Assembly (NCBI RefSeq): GCF_004010195.1
Contig: NC_057753.1
Span: 5,698,367-5,762,366, forward strand
Length of the DNA: 64,000 bases
Origin: Chiloscyllium plagiosum
Taxonomy: Eukaryota
Direction of reading: 5' to 3'
This document shows, one piece after another, positions 50,128 to 61,700 of this stretch; the first letter of the stretch is position 1; every line of letters begins with the position of its first letter. Position numbers and translations under genes: made by a program. The notes under the pieces are model-generated. The model was not told where the DNA came from. It saw nothing but the letters and a program-made list of their open reading frames with translations, and searched no databases.

Positions 50128-52883
50128 GGGTGTCAGGGGTCCCTGCCCCCGGGGACCCACCAGGAACCCTTGATAAATTTAAAGGTGGGACCTTACAAAG
50201 AGGACGTAGTTTTCCTAGTCGAGACGGGGGCAGCAAAGTCACCTTTACATTTTAAGCCCAAGGCAGCGGGAACGAAAGAGTTAATTGGATTATGGCAACA
50301 GTTTTGTGATGAGAGGCATGAAGAATCAGTTTTGCGTTCATGACGAGATACTGCCACCAAATTGGGATTGAATTAACTGCAAAAGGTGCTATGGAATCTG
50401 CTGAGGTTTTAAAAATGAATGTGCTTCAGCAAAACAATTACAGAAACAGAGTGAGAAGTCACAAGTGACTGGTAAACAAACAGAACTGCGCGATTACAGT
50501 TGCTAAAATGTTTTAGTCACCTGTTGCGTTTCCACCCTGAATTATATAATATATGATTAATAATTAATATTTATAATAAATCAATTGTGTTAGTCTGAAT
50601 CAATATTAATTGGCAGGATTCCTTCACACACTCTCAGTGACCTGTCATATTGATTCATGGTTAATTTAAAACATGACTGCATTAATTCATTGTTAATTAA
50701 AGAATGGAAAGATACATTACTGACCAGAGTGTGTGCAGGCAGTGGTAGCAATAGCCTTATTGGTCGAGGAAAATCGGAAACTTACTTTTGGGGGAGCCTT
50801 AATACTCAGCACCCCACATCAGGTACGGACCATACTAAATCAGAAAGCAGGACGATGTCTCACAGACTCTAGGATCTTGAAATATGAGACCATCTTAATG
50901 GAGCAGAATGACCTTGTGTTAGTCACAGACAGATGCTTGAATCCAGCTGCATTTCTGTGGCGGAGAGAGGGGTGTGGCCCTTGGCAATCCAGAACATGAC
51001 TGCCTTGATATTACTGAATATCAGACTGAAGTGTGAATGAACTTAAGGGACGTACCGTTGCATGCAGGAGCTCGGTTGTTTATCGACGGGTCCTCTCCTG
51101 GATAATAAAGGGTAAAAGGCACAATGGATATGCTGTAGTAGACGGGATAGAGGGAAGCATTATCGAGGCTGAAAGACTGCCTAACGGCTGGTCAGCCCAA
51201 ACCTGTGAACTCTATGCCCTAGAAAGTGCTCTTAGAACCTTAGAAAACAAAAAGGAACGATATATACAGACTCCAAATATGCGTTTGGAGTGGTACATAC
51301 CTTCGGAAAAAAATTGGCAAGAAAGAGGACTGATAAATAGCAGAGGAAAAGAACTAGCTCATGAGAAATTGATAAAACAAGTGCTGGAATCCCTGTTACT
51401 CTCGAGAGAAATAGCGGTAGTTACATCAGAGGGGGAATAAACCGGTAGTAAGAGGAAATAGACTGGCCAATAAGGTAGTTAAAGAAGCGACCCTGAATCC
51501 ACAAGGAGCAGTGATATACTCCCTCATCCCTACAATCTCAGATCTTCAGGGTGCCCCGTTGTTTACTGCAAAGGAGGAAAAAGGGACTAAAAGATTTAGG
51601 AGCTGCAAAGACAACAGATGGGCGCTGGATGTTACCTGATGGGAGGGAAATGTTGAATAAAATGATGATACAAGGGATTATACCTGTCCGATATCGGGGG
51701 AGTCACTGGGAGTGCAAGCAATGTGTGATTTAATCGAAAGGAAATATGGATGTAAGGGATTATATACATAGGAGGAAAAAGGGACTAAAAGATTTAGGAG
51801 CTGCAAAGACAACAGATGGGCGCTGGATGTTACCTGATGGGAGGGAAATGTTGAAAAAAAAAGGATGATACAAGGGATTATACCTGTCCTATATCGGGGG
51901 AGTCACTGGGGAGTGCAAGCAATGTGTGATTTAGTCGTAAGGAAATATGGATGTAAGGGATTATATACATTGGCAAAACAGATATGAGCAAGGTGTATAA
52001 CTTTCCAAAAGATTAATAAGAAAGTAACGGGGGGGGGGGGTGCAAGAGGAGGAAGAAACCCAGGGGAGAGACCCTTCCAAAGTATACAGGTGGATTACAC
52101 CAAACTTCACCCAGTAAGGAAACAAAAGTACTTATTAGTCCTAATGGATCATCTAACTGGGTGTGTGGAGGCATTTCCAATGTCCTCAGCTACCTCGAAG
52201 GGAGTAGTGAAAACTCTTTTAGAATGGAGTGGTGGAAAGTATAGATTCAGACCAAGGTAGCCATTTTACCTCTAAGATCCTACAAGAAGTAATGGCGGGA
52301 TTAGAAATCTCTTGGTAATTCCACACTCTTTGGCACCCGCCTTCCTCTGGACGGGTGGAACGAATGAATCAAACCTTAAAGAAGCAATTGTCTAAGCTAG
52401 TCCTCCAGACTCGATTACCATGGACAAAATGTTTACGTATCGCATTGCTACGTATTAGAACTGCGCCAGACGTGATATAGGCCTCTCTCCTTATAAGATG
52501 ATATTTGGCTTACCTTTCTTGGGTGGAAGAGGGAAATTACCAACTGTAAAGTTCGAAGATAAGTTTTTAAAGAACTACATTGTGGCGCTCGGCTCTTCTT
52601 TGTCTGTCCTTCGGAAGAAGGGTCTGTTGACCCAGACACCTCCACTTGAGTTCGACAACCAGTTGATTGGGTCCTGATCAAGACCTGGAAAGATACCAAA
52701 CTGCACCCGAGCTGGGAGGAACCATTCCTAACTCTCCTGACTACCGAGACAGCCATCCGAACTGCTAAGAAAGGGTGGAGTTATCACACTCGCGTTAAAG
52801 GCCCTGTGAATGCCCCATTGGCGGAGTGGCATGCTCATCCTACAGACAACCCTCTGAAAATTAAGCTAAGAAAGAAGGGATGA
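50128..52883 (+). pseudogene. pol: ERV pro-pol remnant (PR start, RT core missing, connection, RNase H, integrase)
   Basis: EPLINLKVG..FLVETGA; LTFGGALILSTPHQV; LFIDGSS, SAQTCELYAL, YTDSKYAFG; IQVDY, IDSDQGSHF, HPPSSGRVERMNQTLK. Confidence 0.9.
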
Positions 52884-53013
52884 ACTGAGACAAAAGACTC
52901 TTTAAACGTTTGATGATATCTATTGTTATCAATTGTAAGGGCTGTGTGGACTCACCTCTCCCTGGCACCTAAAAGATTAAGACAGATAGACAGGACGGTA
53001 GCAGGGGTCAGAG

Positions 53014-54500
53014 ATGGGCGGGTACTGGTATAGCATTGTAACGTTAGTCGTCTTAACTGTTCAAGGAGGTGGGAAAAATCACTTCACTACACTATGCCAA
53101 AATTATGCTGAACAAGAGGGACTTGCAGACTGTTGGGCCTGTGCAGAGGTCCCACACCATGGCGAACCTGGGATCCCCACCTCAGTAATACCGCTCACCA
53201 AAAGAGAAGTGTACGATGTATAACAATTTGACTCGGGCTCAAATGATACAAAGTGGAGATCTGACAGGGGTAAATATAACCTCGCGGGATAGTTCCCTAG
53301 ACCGGTCCCGAAAGCTCTGGGTGCTATCCATGGCCTTAGAGTTTCCCCACCGAAAGGAGCAATAAATACCACCTGTTTCTGTAATCACAATGATACCACA
53401 CCCTTCCAATTAGGAAAATCATCTTGTATCTACACCAACCAAGCCACTGCCACAGCCATTCCCCGAATATTAAACGGAACATATTGGGTATGCAGCCTGA
53501 AGGCCTATCCATTTATTCCCGGGAAAATACATTTGCGTGGCCGAATGTATAGGAATGTATGAATGTTATGACGTTGATGAAACACTGCCTCAAAGCCAGA
53601 AGGCTGGAATTTTACCTCGCTTATATAGTTCCTCACCTCCGATTAGAAAAACATGAGCACAACCTGAGAAAGGAGGGGGGGGGATATGGCGTAAGGCCCG
53701 AGAGGTCTCTGAAGGAGACCATCTGTTGTGGACACTTACCTCGCTTATATAGTTCCTCACCTCCGATTAGAAAAACATGAGCACAACCTGAGAAAGGAGG
53801 GGGGGATAAGGCGTAAGGCCCGAGAGGTCTCTGAAGGAGACCATCTGTTGTGGACACTACGGCGCTGCAAGGGCAGGGGTAGAAATACAGAAACTGGCGG
53901 CTGCCCTTGAAAAGTTAATTAGTGAAACTGTCGACGCAATGGGAAAAACTCATTCCCAAATATTGGCCATACCACCGAAATGATTGATACAAGACTAACA
54001 GCTTTACAGAATCGAATCGCTTTAGACTATCTCTTGGCCGAAAAGGGGGGCACCTGTGCTCTGATTGGTAAGGAATGCTGCACTTTCATCCCAGACACCT
54101 CTTCCAATGTGGAAGATAACGAAGTAAAAGATAAAAATTCAGGATGAACTTCGAAAAGATGAGGGATGGGGATGGGGCGACTGGGGACTGACTGCTTGGG
54201 GAAAATGGTTAGTTAATGTAGGCATTTATGTATTACTAATAATAGTAGGTCTATTGATAGGGTTTAATGTGTTAAAGTGGATAATGACTAAGCTGGTAAT
54301 GTCTTGGGGAGGACAACAATCAATAATGGTCATGACAATAGCACAAGCGCAAGAAAGAGAGAGTAACAGATTACTCCGAGAGTTTGAAAAAAAAACAGAC
54401 TTCGAAGGACAGAAATGGCAAGATTGTGAACCTCTGCACAGTAGGATGAAAAAAGGGCAGAAAATAAAACTGCAAAAACAACAAATGGTCAAAAAAAAAT
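53014..54500 (+). pseudogene. env: ERV env remnant (gamma-type)
   Basis: Signal peptide MGGYWYSIVTLVVLTVQG; SU CWAC; furin-like [25 protein letters not shown] + CALIGKECC (CX6CC) at 54004-54081; hydrophobic anchor ~54210-54270. Confidence 0.92.
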
Positions 54501-54512
54501 AAATGGGGGAAT

Positions 54513-55146
54513 TGTAAGAAATGAGGAAGGGTGTTGTTTTGCGGAAATAGAAAAGCAAGAGTGTGTATGTGCAGGAAAGGGGTACAGGGAAAATATCAGT
54601 TAGGCAAGCATTAGGGAAATGTATCTTTCTCTTTAATGTATAATTATGGATAATTGAGTTCTAACTTTAGTGCAGAACTATTAAAGCAAATAATTTCTTT
54701 CATCATAATGTTTTAAATTATAGTCTCAGCAAAACAGCTGAGATAGCTGAAACGCATGAAAACAACAGAATGTTAACACGTATGTTCAAGAATAGAATGT
54801 ACCTATGAACAATGGAAGATGTTACAAGCAAAGTAAAAAGAACATCAAGATACAAGTTTAGCCTTATGTCAGCACTTACAGAGGGAAAGGTTGCCAACTT
54901 GGAGAGAAGGGGGCAATAAGGTCGGAGCACAGCTGGGCAGTGGTAGAATACTAAGAATGATTGGGTAATGTAGGAGTCGGGAGAGATGACCTCACGCAGC
55001 TCAAAGGTATAACTGCGTAAGAATTTGAATGTTCATTGCTCATTTGCTTCTGCATTTGATGCCTTTTCTTGCAAAATCGTAGAATGAATTGTCTTGCTTC
55101 CAATTTTGGTAGTCTCGTCTAAATTTTATCAAACTTGTTTCTAACA
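54513..55146 (+). repeat. ERV 3' LTR
   Basis: Colinear with the 5' LTR, preceded by PPT. Confidence 0.95.
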
Positions 55147-55385
55147 GTAGGAGTCCGTGCAGTTAGTTTGGGTAACTAATGTAGTCCGGTATTGCCACTT
55201 GGCGTTTCTAATGGCTTGACAGAGGCCATATCTGGATTTCCTATGAAAGGTCAGGATCATCAGGTTTGAACACCTCACAACTAGACTTCAGGAGGGAAGG
55301 GATCTCCCAGTTCATCCATTGTGTCCAGTTGAGCAACATTCAGGTTAACGTCGTTAGCACTCAGTCTTTTCCACATTTTTTAATG

Positions 55386-58300
55386 CCAAAGAATAATGTT
55401 AAGGATATGTCAGGAGGTGAGGACCACAAGTCAATTGTTAACACTATAGGGATAGTGTTGAGCAGACCTGAGGATCTAAAGGTAAATAGATTCCCTGGTC
55501 CTGATATAATGCATCCCAGGTTACAGAAAGAAACGGTGCAAGTTATAGTAGATGCATTAGTGGTAAATTACGAAACTTCACTGGACTCTGGGCAGGTCCC
55601 AGTGGACTTGAAGGCAGCGAATGTCGAGCTGTTGGTTAAACAAGGGTGTAGGCAAAAGGCTGGTAACTACAGGTCAGCCAGCTTTCCATCTGAAATCGAA
55701 AAAATGCAGGTGGCTATCATTATACAAAAGGTGAGATATCTGGATGGAAACAGTTGCATCAGGTACGAGCAGCAGAGATACAGGGAGGGATGGTCGTGTT
55801 TGACAAATTCACTGGAGTTCTTCGAGAATGTGACAAGCACGGTGGACAGAGGGTAACAGGTGGATGTTGTATACTAGGATTTCCAGAAGGCGTTCGGGAA
55901 GGTGCTGCATAAAAGAATCATCTATAAGATAAGAACGCATGGAGTTGTAGGGAATGTACCAGCATGGATAGAGGACTGATTAATCAATAGAAAGCAGAGA
56001 GTGTGGATAAATGGATCTTTCTCTGGTTGAAGATCAGTAGTGATCAGGGTGCAACAGACGTCAGTGTTAGCTCAGCAACTGTTCATGTTATGTATAAATC
56101 GCTTGGAAGAGGAAACTGAGTCTGGCCTGTCCAGGTTTGCCGGTGACACTGAACAGAGTGGAAAGACAAACTACGCAGAGAGATTTAGAGAGTTTAAGGG
56201 AGTGGGTAAGGGTCTGGCAGATGTAATTAAAAAGTCGGTAAAAGGGAGAGTGCCCGCTTTGGAAATAAAAATAATAGGTCAGAATATTGTTTAAATAGTG
56301 AAAGGTTGCAGCATGCTGTTGTTCAGAGTGACTTGAGAGTGGTTATACATGAATTGCTAAAAGTTGATTTGCAGGTGCAACAGGTAATCAGGAAGGCAAA
56401 CGGAACATTGGCTTTCATTGATGGAGGGATTCAATTTAAGAGCAGGGAGGCTCTGCTGCAATTGCACAAGGTGATGGTGTGACCACTCCTGGTGTTTTGT
56501 GCGCATTTCTTGGGTTCCTTACTTGAGGAAGAATATAATGACTCTGGAGGCGGTGCAGAGGAGGTTCTCCAGGTTTATTCCAGAGTTACCCTTTGAGGAG
56601 AGCATTATGTATCAGTATTTACTGTGGGAAAGGACATGGAACATATAGAATCTCGAGCAATATGTGGTTACACCTTGAAAAATGTCCATATTTCAGAGGG
56701 GGAACTGCTGGATATCTTGAAACGCATGAAAGTGGATAAATTACCAGGACCTGATCAGGTACACCCCAGGAATCTGTGGGAAGCTAGAGAAGTGATGGCA
56801 GGTCCTGTTCCTGAGATATTTGTATCATTCATAGTTCTCAGATGAGGGACTGGAAGACTGGAAGTTGGCTAATATGGTGCCACTGTTTAAGAAAAGTGGT
56901 AAGGACAAGCCAGGGAACCGTAGACCAGCGAGCCTGACGTCAGTGGTGGGAAAGCTGTTGGAGGGAACTCTGAGGGACAAGATGTACATGTATTTGGAAA
57001 GGCAAGAACTAATTAGGGTAGTCAAGATGGTTTTGTGCGTGGGAAATCATGTCTCACAAATTTGATTGAGTCTTTTGAAGAAGTAACAAAGAGGATTGAT
57101 GAGTGCAGAATGGTCGATGTGATCTATATGAACTTCAGTAAGGTCGACAAGGTTCCCCATGGGAGATTGGTTAGAAAGGTTCAATCTCACGGAATAAGGG
57201 ACAATTAGCTACTTGGATACAGAACTGGCTCAAAGGTAGAAAGCAGAGGGTGATGGTGTAAGGTTGTTTTTAAGACTGGAGGCCTGTGATCAGTGGAGTG
57301 CCACAAGAACTGATGCTTGGTCCACTACTTTTCATTATTTACATAAATGATTTGGATGTGAGCATAAGAGGGATAGTTAGTAAGTCTGCAGATCACACCA
57401 AAATTGGAGGTGTAGTGGAAACGAAGAAGGTTATCTCAGATTACAACGGGATCTTGATCGTGTGGGCCAATAGGCTGAGTGCTGGCAGTTGGACTTTTGT
57501 TTATATACATGTGAGAAGCTGCATTTTGGGAAAGCAAATGTTCGCAGGACTTACACACTGAATGGTAAGGTCTGAAGGAGTGTTGCTGAACAAATAGACC
57601 TTGGAGTGCGGGCTCATAGCTCCTTGAAAGTGGAGTCGCAGGTAGTCAGAATAGTGAAGAAGGCGTTTGGTATGCTTCCCTTTATCTGTCAGAGTATTGA
57701 GTACAAGAGTTGGGAGGTCATGTTGCGGCTGTATAGGACATTGGTCGGGCCACTTTTGGAATATTGCTTGCAATTCTGGTCTCCCTTCTATCGGAACGAT
57801 GTTGTGAAACTTGAAAAGGTTCAGTAAATATATGCAAGTATGTTGCCAGGGTTGCAGAATTTGAGGTATAGGGAGAAGTTGAATAGGCTGGGATTGTTTT
57901 CCCTGGAGTGTCAGAGGCTGAGGGGTAACCTTGTAGAGGTTTACAATATCATGAGGGGCATGGATTGGATAAATTGAACTGGAGGGCAAAGTTTTAAAGT
58001 GAGAGGGAATAGGTATAAAAGAAACCCAAGGAGCAATCTTTTCACACAGCGGGTGATACATGTATGGGATTAGCTGCCAGAGGAAGTGGTGGAGGATGTA
58101 CAATTGCAACATTTAAGCGGCATATGGATTGGTATACGAATAGGAAGGGTTTGGAGGGATATTGGCCAGGTGCTGGCAAGTGGGACTAGATTGGGTTGGG
58201 ATATCTGGTCAGCATGGATGAGTTGGACCGAAGTGTCTATTTCCGTGTTGTATATCTCTATGACTCTATTACTCTAGGTCTCTGTCAAGGGTTGAGCCGC

Positions 58301-58720
58301 CTGGGACTGTACTCGCTAAACTTTGAGGACTGAGCAGGGATCTTATAGAAACATATAAAATGATGAAATGGATAGATAAGATAAAGGCCGGCAAACTGTT
58401 TCCTGGATGCGTGAGACGAGGACTAGGCAACATGGACTCAATATTAGGAGAGTAGATTTAAGACAGAAATGAGGAAGAACAGCATCTCCCAGAAAGTAGT
58501 GAATCTGTGGAATTTTGTGCCCAAGGAAGTCGTAGAGGCAGCTTCATTAAATATATTCAAGACACAGTTGGATGGGATTTTCATGGTCGGGGAATTAAAG
58601 GTTATGGGGATAATGCAGGCAGGAGGAGCTGAGATGATGTATAGATCAGCCGTGATCTTAATGAATAGCAGAGAAGGCTCAATGGGCCAAATGGCTTACT
58701 GCTGTTGTGATTACTATGAT
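55386..58720 (+). mobile_element. CR1 LINE with a second CR1 (~56603-58275) nested inside
   Basis: PGPDIMHPRL..GNYRSAS (55266 ORF); second PGPDQVHPR..SGVPQ series from 56624; outer element resumes at ~58290 to a 3' tail ~58720. Confidence 0.85.
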
Positions 58721-58721
58721 A

Positions 58722-61700
58722 CTATCAAAGTCTGTGACTGTTTGGCATATTCGGTTACATTGGTTTCTGGATTCTTGAATATGGAGAATCTACCAATTCC
58801 AAACAGTTCTATAGAAACTGTTCCATCGCCTCAGATCAGCACTCTACCACTTGCTATACTGGGTGCTTATAAGCCCGAAGGAGGAACACAGCATTGTATT
58901 CTGATTTTCAGAAGTACCGATGAGATATGGCGTGGTGGGATCCGTGACTGTGTACCGTGGTTGTTCCAATGATTCTGTAAATAGAGTGAATGTGGCTGTC
59001 TTCATGATTAAAATCAACTCACCATTTAGTTCACTGAAGAACTCCTGATGGTTTTAAAATCTTACCAATTGCAAACTGAACTCATTGGAAAAAGTACTTG
59101 CTTTCATGTGTTTAGCAAGGCACTGTCTCATGGTGACAAGGGCGTTGGTACAATTACGTCCAATATGTCTGCTCTTGACTTGAACACATGATCAGCTGCA
59201 ACGTTTATCGTGATACAGAGTTTGAGAGAAATGTAGCACAACGTTATCATCCCACATGGTGCTAACACTGAGCAGATCAGATCCCAGAGTGAAATCTTAC
59301 TTTTGTAGGCAAGGGATATCACGGTTCATTCACGGTTTCCCGTTGAGGAACATGTGGATTAACTTAAATGGCACGCAATCTTTTACACACTTGCTAATGA
59401 AGTCTGTAACTGGACTGGCATAGTTATTTAAGTCAGCCAATGTTTTCTTGAATATGGGTCAGTGTGTCATGGAAGTGGTAATTGGCGAACAAGCAGGTAA
59501 GTGCAGAACAAACAAAAAACAGGAGCAGAAACAGAGGTGGTTCCGGCCAATCACATTCCGAAAAATGGAACTGAGGCAGGCGCAGCTGATGAACTACCAT
59601 GAAATTAGCATGAAGGGTACAGAGGAAAGTATTGGAAAATAAATGTGTCGAGTTCTGACATAGATTCAAATGGCAGTTGAAGACGATGCAGGACTTCTTT
59701 CAAGCCGAAAGAGCAGCCAGGATCCTGAATCGCTAAAGGAAGTGAGTGCAGAGCTTTCAGTAACCCCCACACCCGATAAATAAGTACACATGTAATCGTA
59801 CAAACTAATCAATATTTATATATCTACATAATTCCGTCCATCAATTAATCCATCATTTGATTTATTCTGACTGATCAACGTCCGATTACAAATCCTGAAA
59901 TGTGGGGTGGATCAGGGGGTGCAATGTCCTCTGATCATTCTTTGGGTGAAGAATTAAACCGAGTGCATTTGTAATATATACGCCATGGTCAGTAGGTTAA
60001 AATGCTGGACAATAATGTACAGCTCGCGAGGATTGGACTATCTTCAGATTTTGAACAATTGATTCAATAGTCTCAGCGGATATTTCAGCCCATTCCTTAA
60101 CTCGACTCTGATTTTCCTTTGGGTCCCAGCATAAATGAATGGATTGATACAGGAAGTCAAGAAGACAAGCATGTATCCGGTTTCTTCAAGAAGGAATGAT
60201 TTTTCACTTAAATCGGATCCTGAGAAGTAAGCAACCTTCGCAACTCGGACATAGATAATCGTTATTACAAATAACAAATAGAACAGGATAAAAGTGCCGG
60301 AGATGGTGAAAAGTAAAACAATTGATTTTCTTCGCTTTTCCATTTCGGGATCACCATGATTCATCCTGTTGTTGTGGCCCCGCAGTCTCCTGCGGGCTCT
60401 GTTAGCCAATACAATGTGTCTGACGGTCAGAATATTCAGCAGTAAAATCAGAATAAAGGGGAGACAAGGGTTTACAATGGGCCGCACCCAGTCATACACA
60501 GTCCAAGCTGGTGAAGTGTAAAATATTAATCTTACACTGCAAAACCAAGGTATTCTGTTAACTATGTACATGGGTTCGTATACAAAATATCCAAAGGCAT
60601 TTTTTAAACAGGTCAGTGCAGATACAATTCCGATCACACGCACTGCCACCTTCTCTGTGCAATATTTTGTTTTTAGATTCTGGCAACAAATAGTCACAAA
60701 TCTATCAAAGGTGAAAGCCACTGTGAACCAGGCAGAGCTGTCAATAGCTGCATAATTAAAGACCAAGCGGAGGATGCATCCTGGGGTGATAAACAGGAAG
60801 CTGTATGGGAAATAAATCCCAGCAATCCGGTTTAATATTACAGCAGTGAATATGACCATGAGATCCGTTATTGCCATGGACACCAGGTAGTACGTAATAA
60901 ATGCAGGCAGACCACATCTTCTTCAGCACAGGATGACAATCACTGCCAGATTACCTGGAATACAGACAGCAAGAGAGACAGACTGTCTGACATTTAGAAT
61001 GTATGTGTGTGAGACACTGGGCAAAAAATCGAGTTACATATTTAACACCAAAATGAAATCATACATTTTAACGATACTGTGTATGTGTTTGTGATGTGAT
61101 CTTGATTTTTGCAGCAGTGATATTCATGTATGTCAATGACAATTGAATGGACAAATGACAAATATTGAAAGACAAAGAAAAAATTGTAAACTCATTGAAA
61201 ATAACACAAATTCAAATACAAAAGAAATAGTCAGATGAGATCACATAATTAATGAAAATGTTAACGTGTTTGTATGTCAAAACATTCGGTATGGAGAATA
61301 TCAACCCCGTGGTCAATGTCTCAGAAGTGATCAAAAGTGGCTGCATCAAATGAATCGCTGTAAAAGTATTCACACTGGGCAACGTTGGCATTCAATTTCC
61401 TCGGCATTACTGTGTTTTTCCTTCAGCTACTCCAATTTACTCCCACAATCCAAGGACATGTAGGAGAAGTGGATTGGCCATGCTAATTTGCCTGTATTGT
61501 CCAGGAATATGCAGGCGGGATGGATATCCATGGCAAATGTGAAGTTACAGGAATAGCTACGGGATGGGACGGGGTGGGATAGTTCTTTACACACTTAATA
61601 GATAAATGGCTTCTTTCCGCATTGTTTGGATTGATTGAATCTATGAATATGTACAAACAGAATTAAGTGAATGACATTTAAGTTTGTCCAAAAATGCAGA

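Larger units (their letters stand above)
47210..55146 (+). mobile_element. Class I (gamma/epsilon-like) endogenous retrovirus, defective, with env
   Basis: LTRs 47210-47858 and 54513-55146 (TGTAAG..CTAACA); PBS-Pro; PPT 54491-54512; flanks GTAC/GTAG. Confidence 0.95.
46070..58975 (-). mobile_element. Rex1/Babar LINE paralogous to 34780-36460, split into 46070-47209, 55147-55385 and 58722-58975 by the ERV and CR1 insertions
   Basis: PIEKIIDDTAIISKITNKDEKEYR, KAMGPGGVSG; pieces join colinearly with 35950-36460. Confidence 0.75.

Noticed and set aside
53014..54500. Syncytin-like domesticated env
   Set aside because: Multiple stops and frameshifts plus an internal duplication; no long ORF
55266..58972. 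Long ORFs of 196, 203 and 167 aa
   Set aside because: Sense or antisense translations of decayed CR1/Rex1 sequence, not host genes
60044..60883. 279-aa ORF as a complete protein
   Set aside because: Starts in TM2, downstream of the premature TGA; lacks TM1
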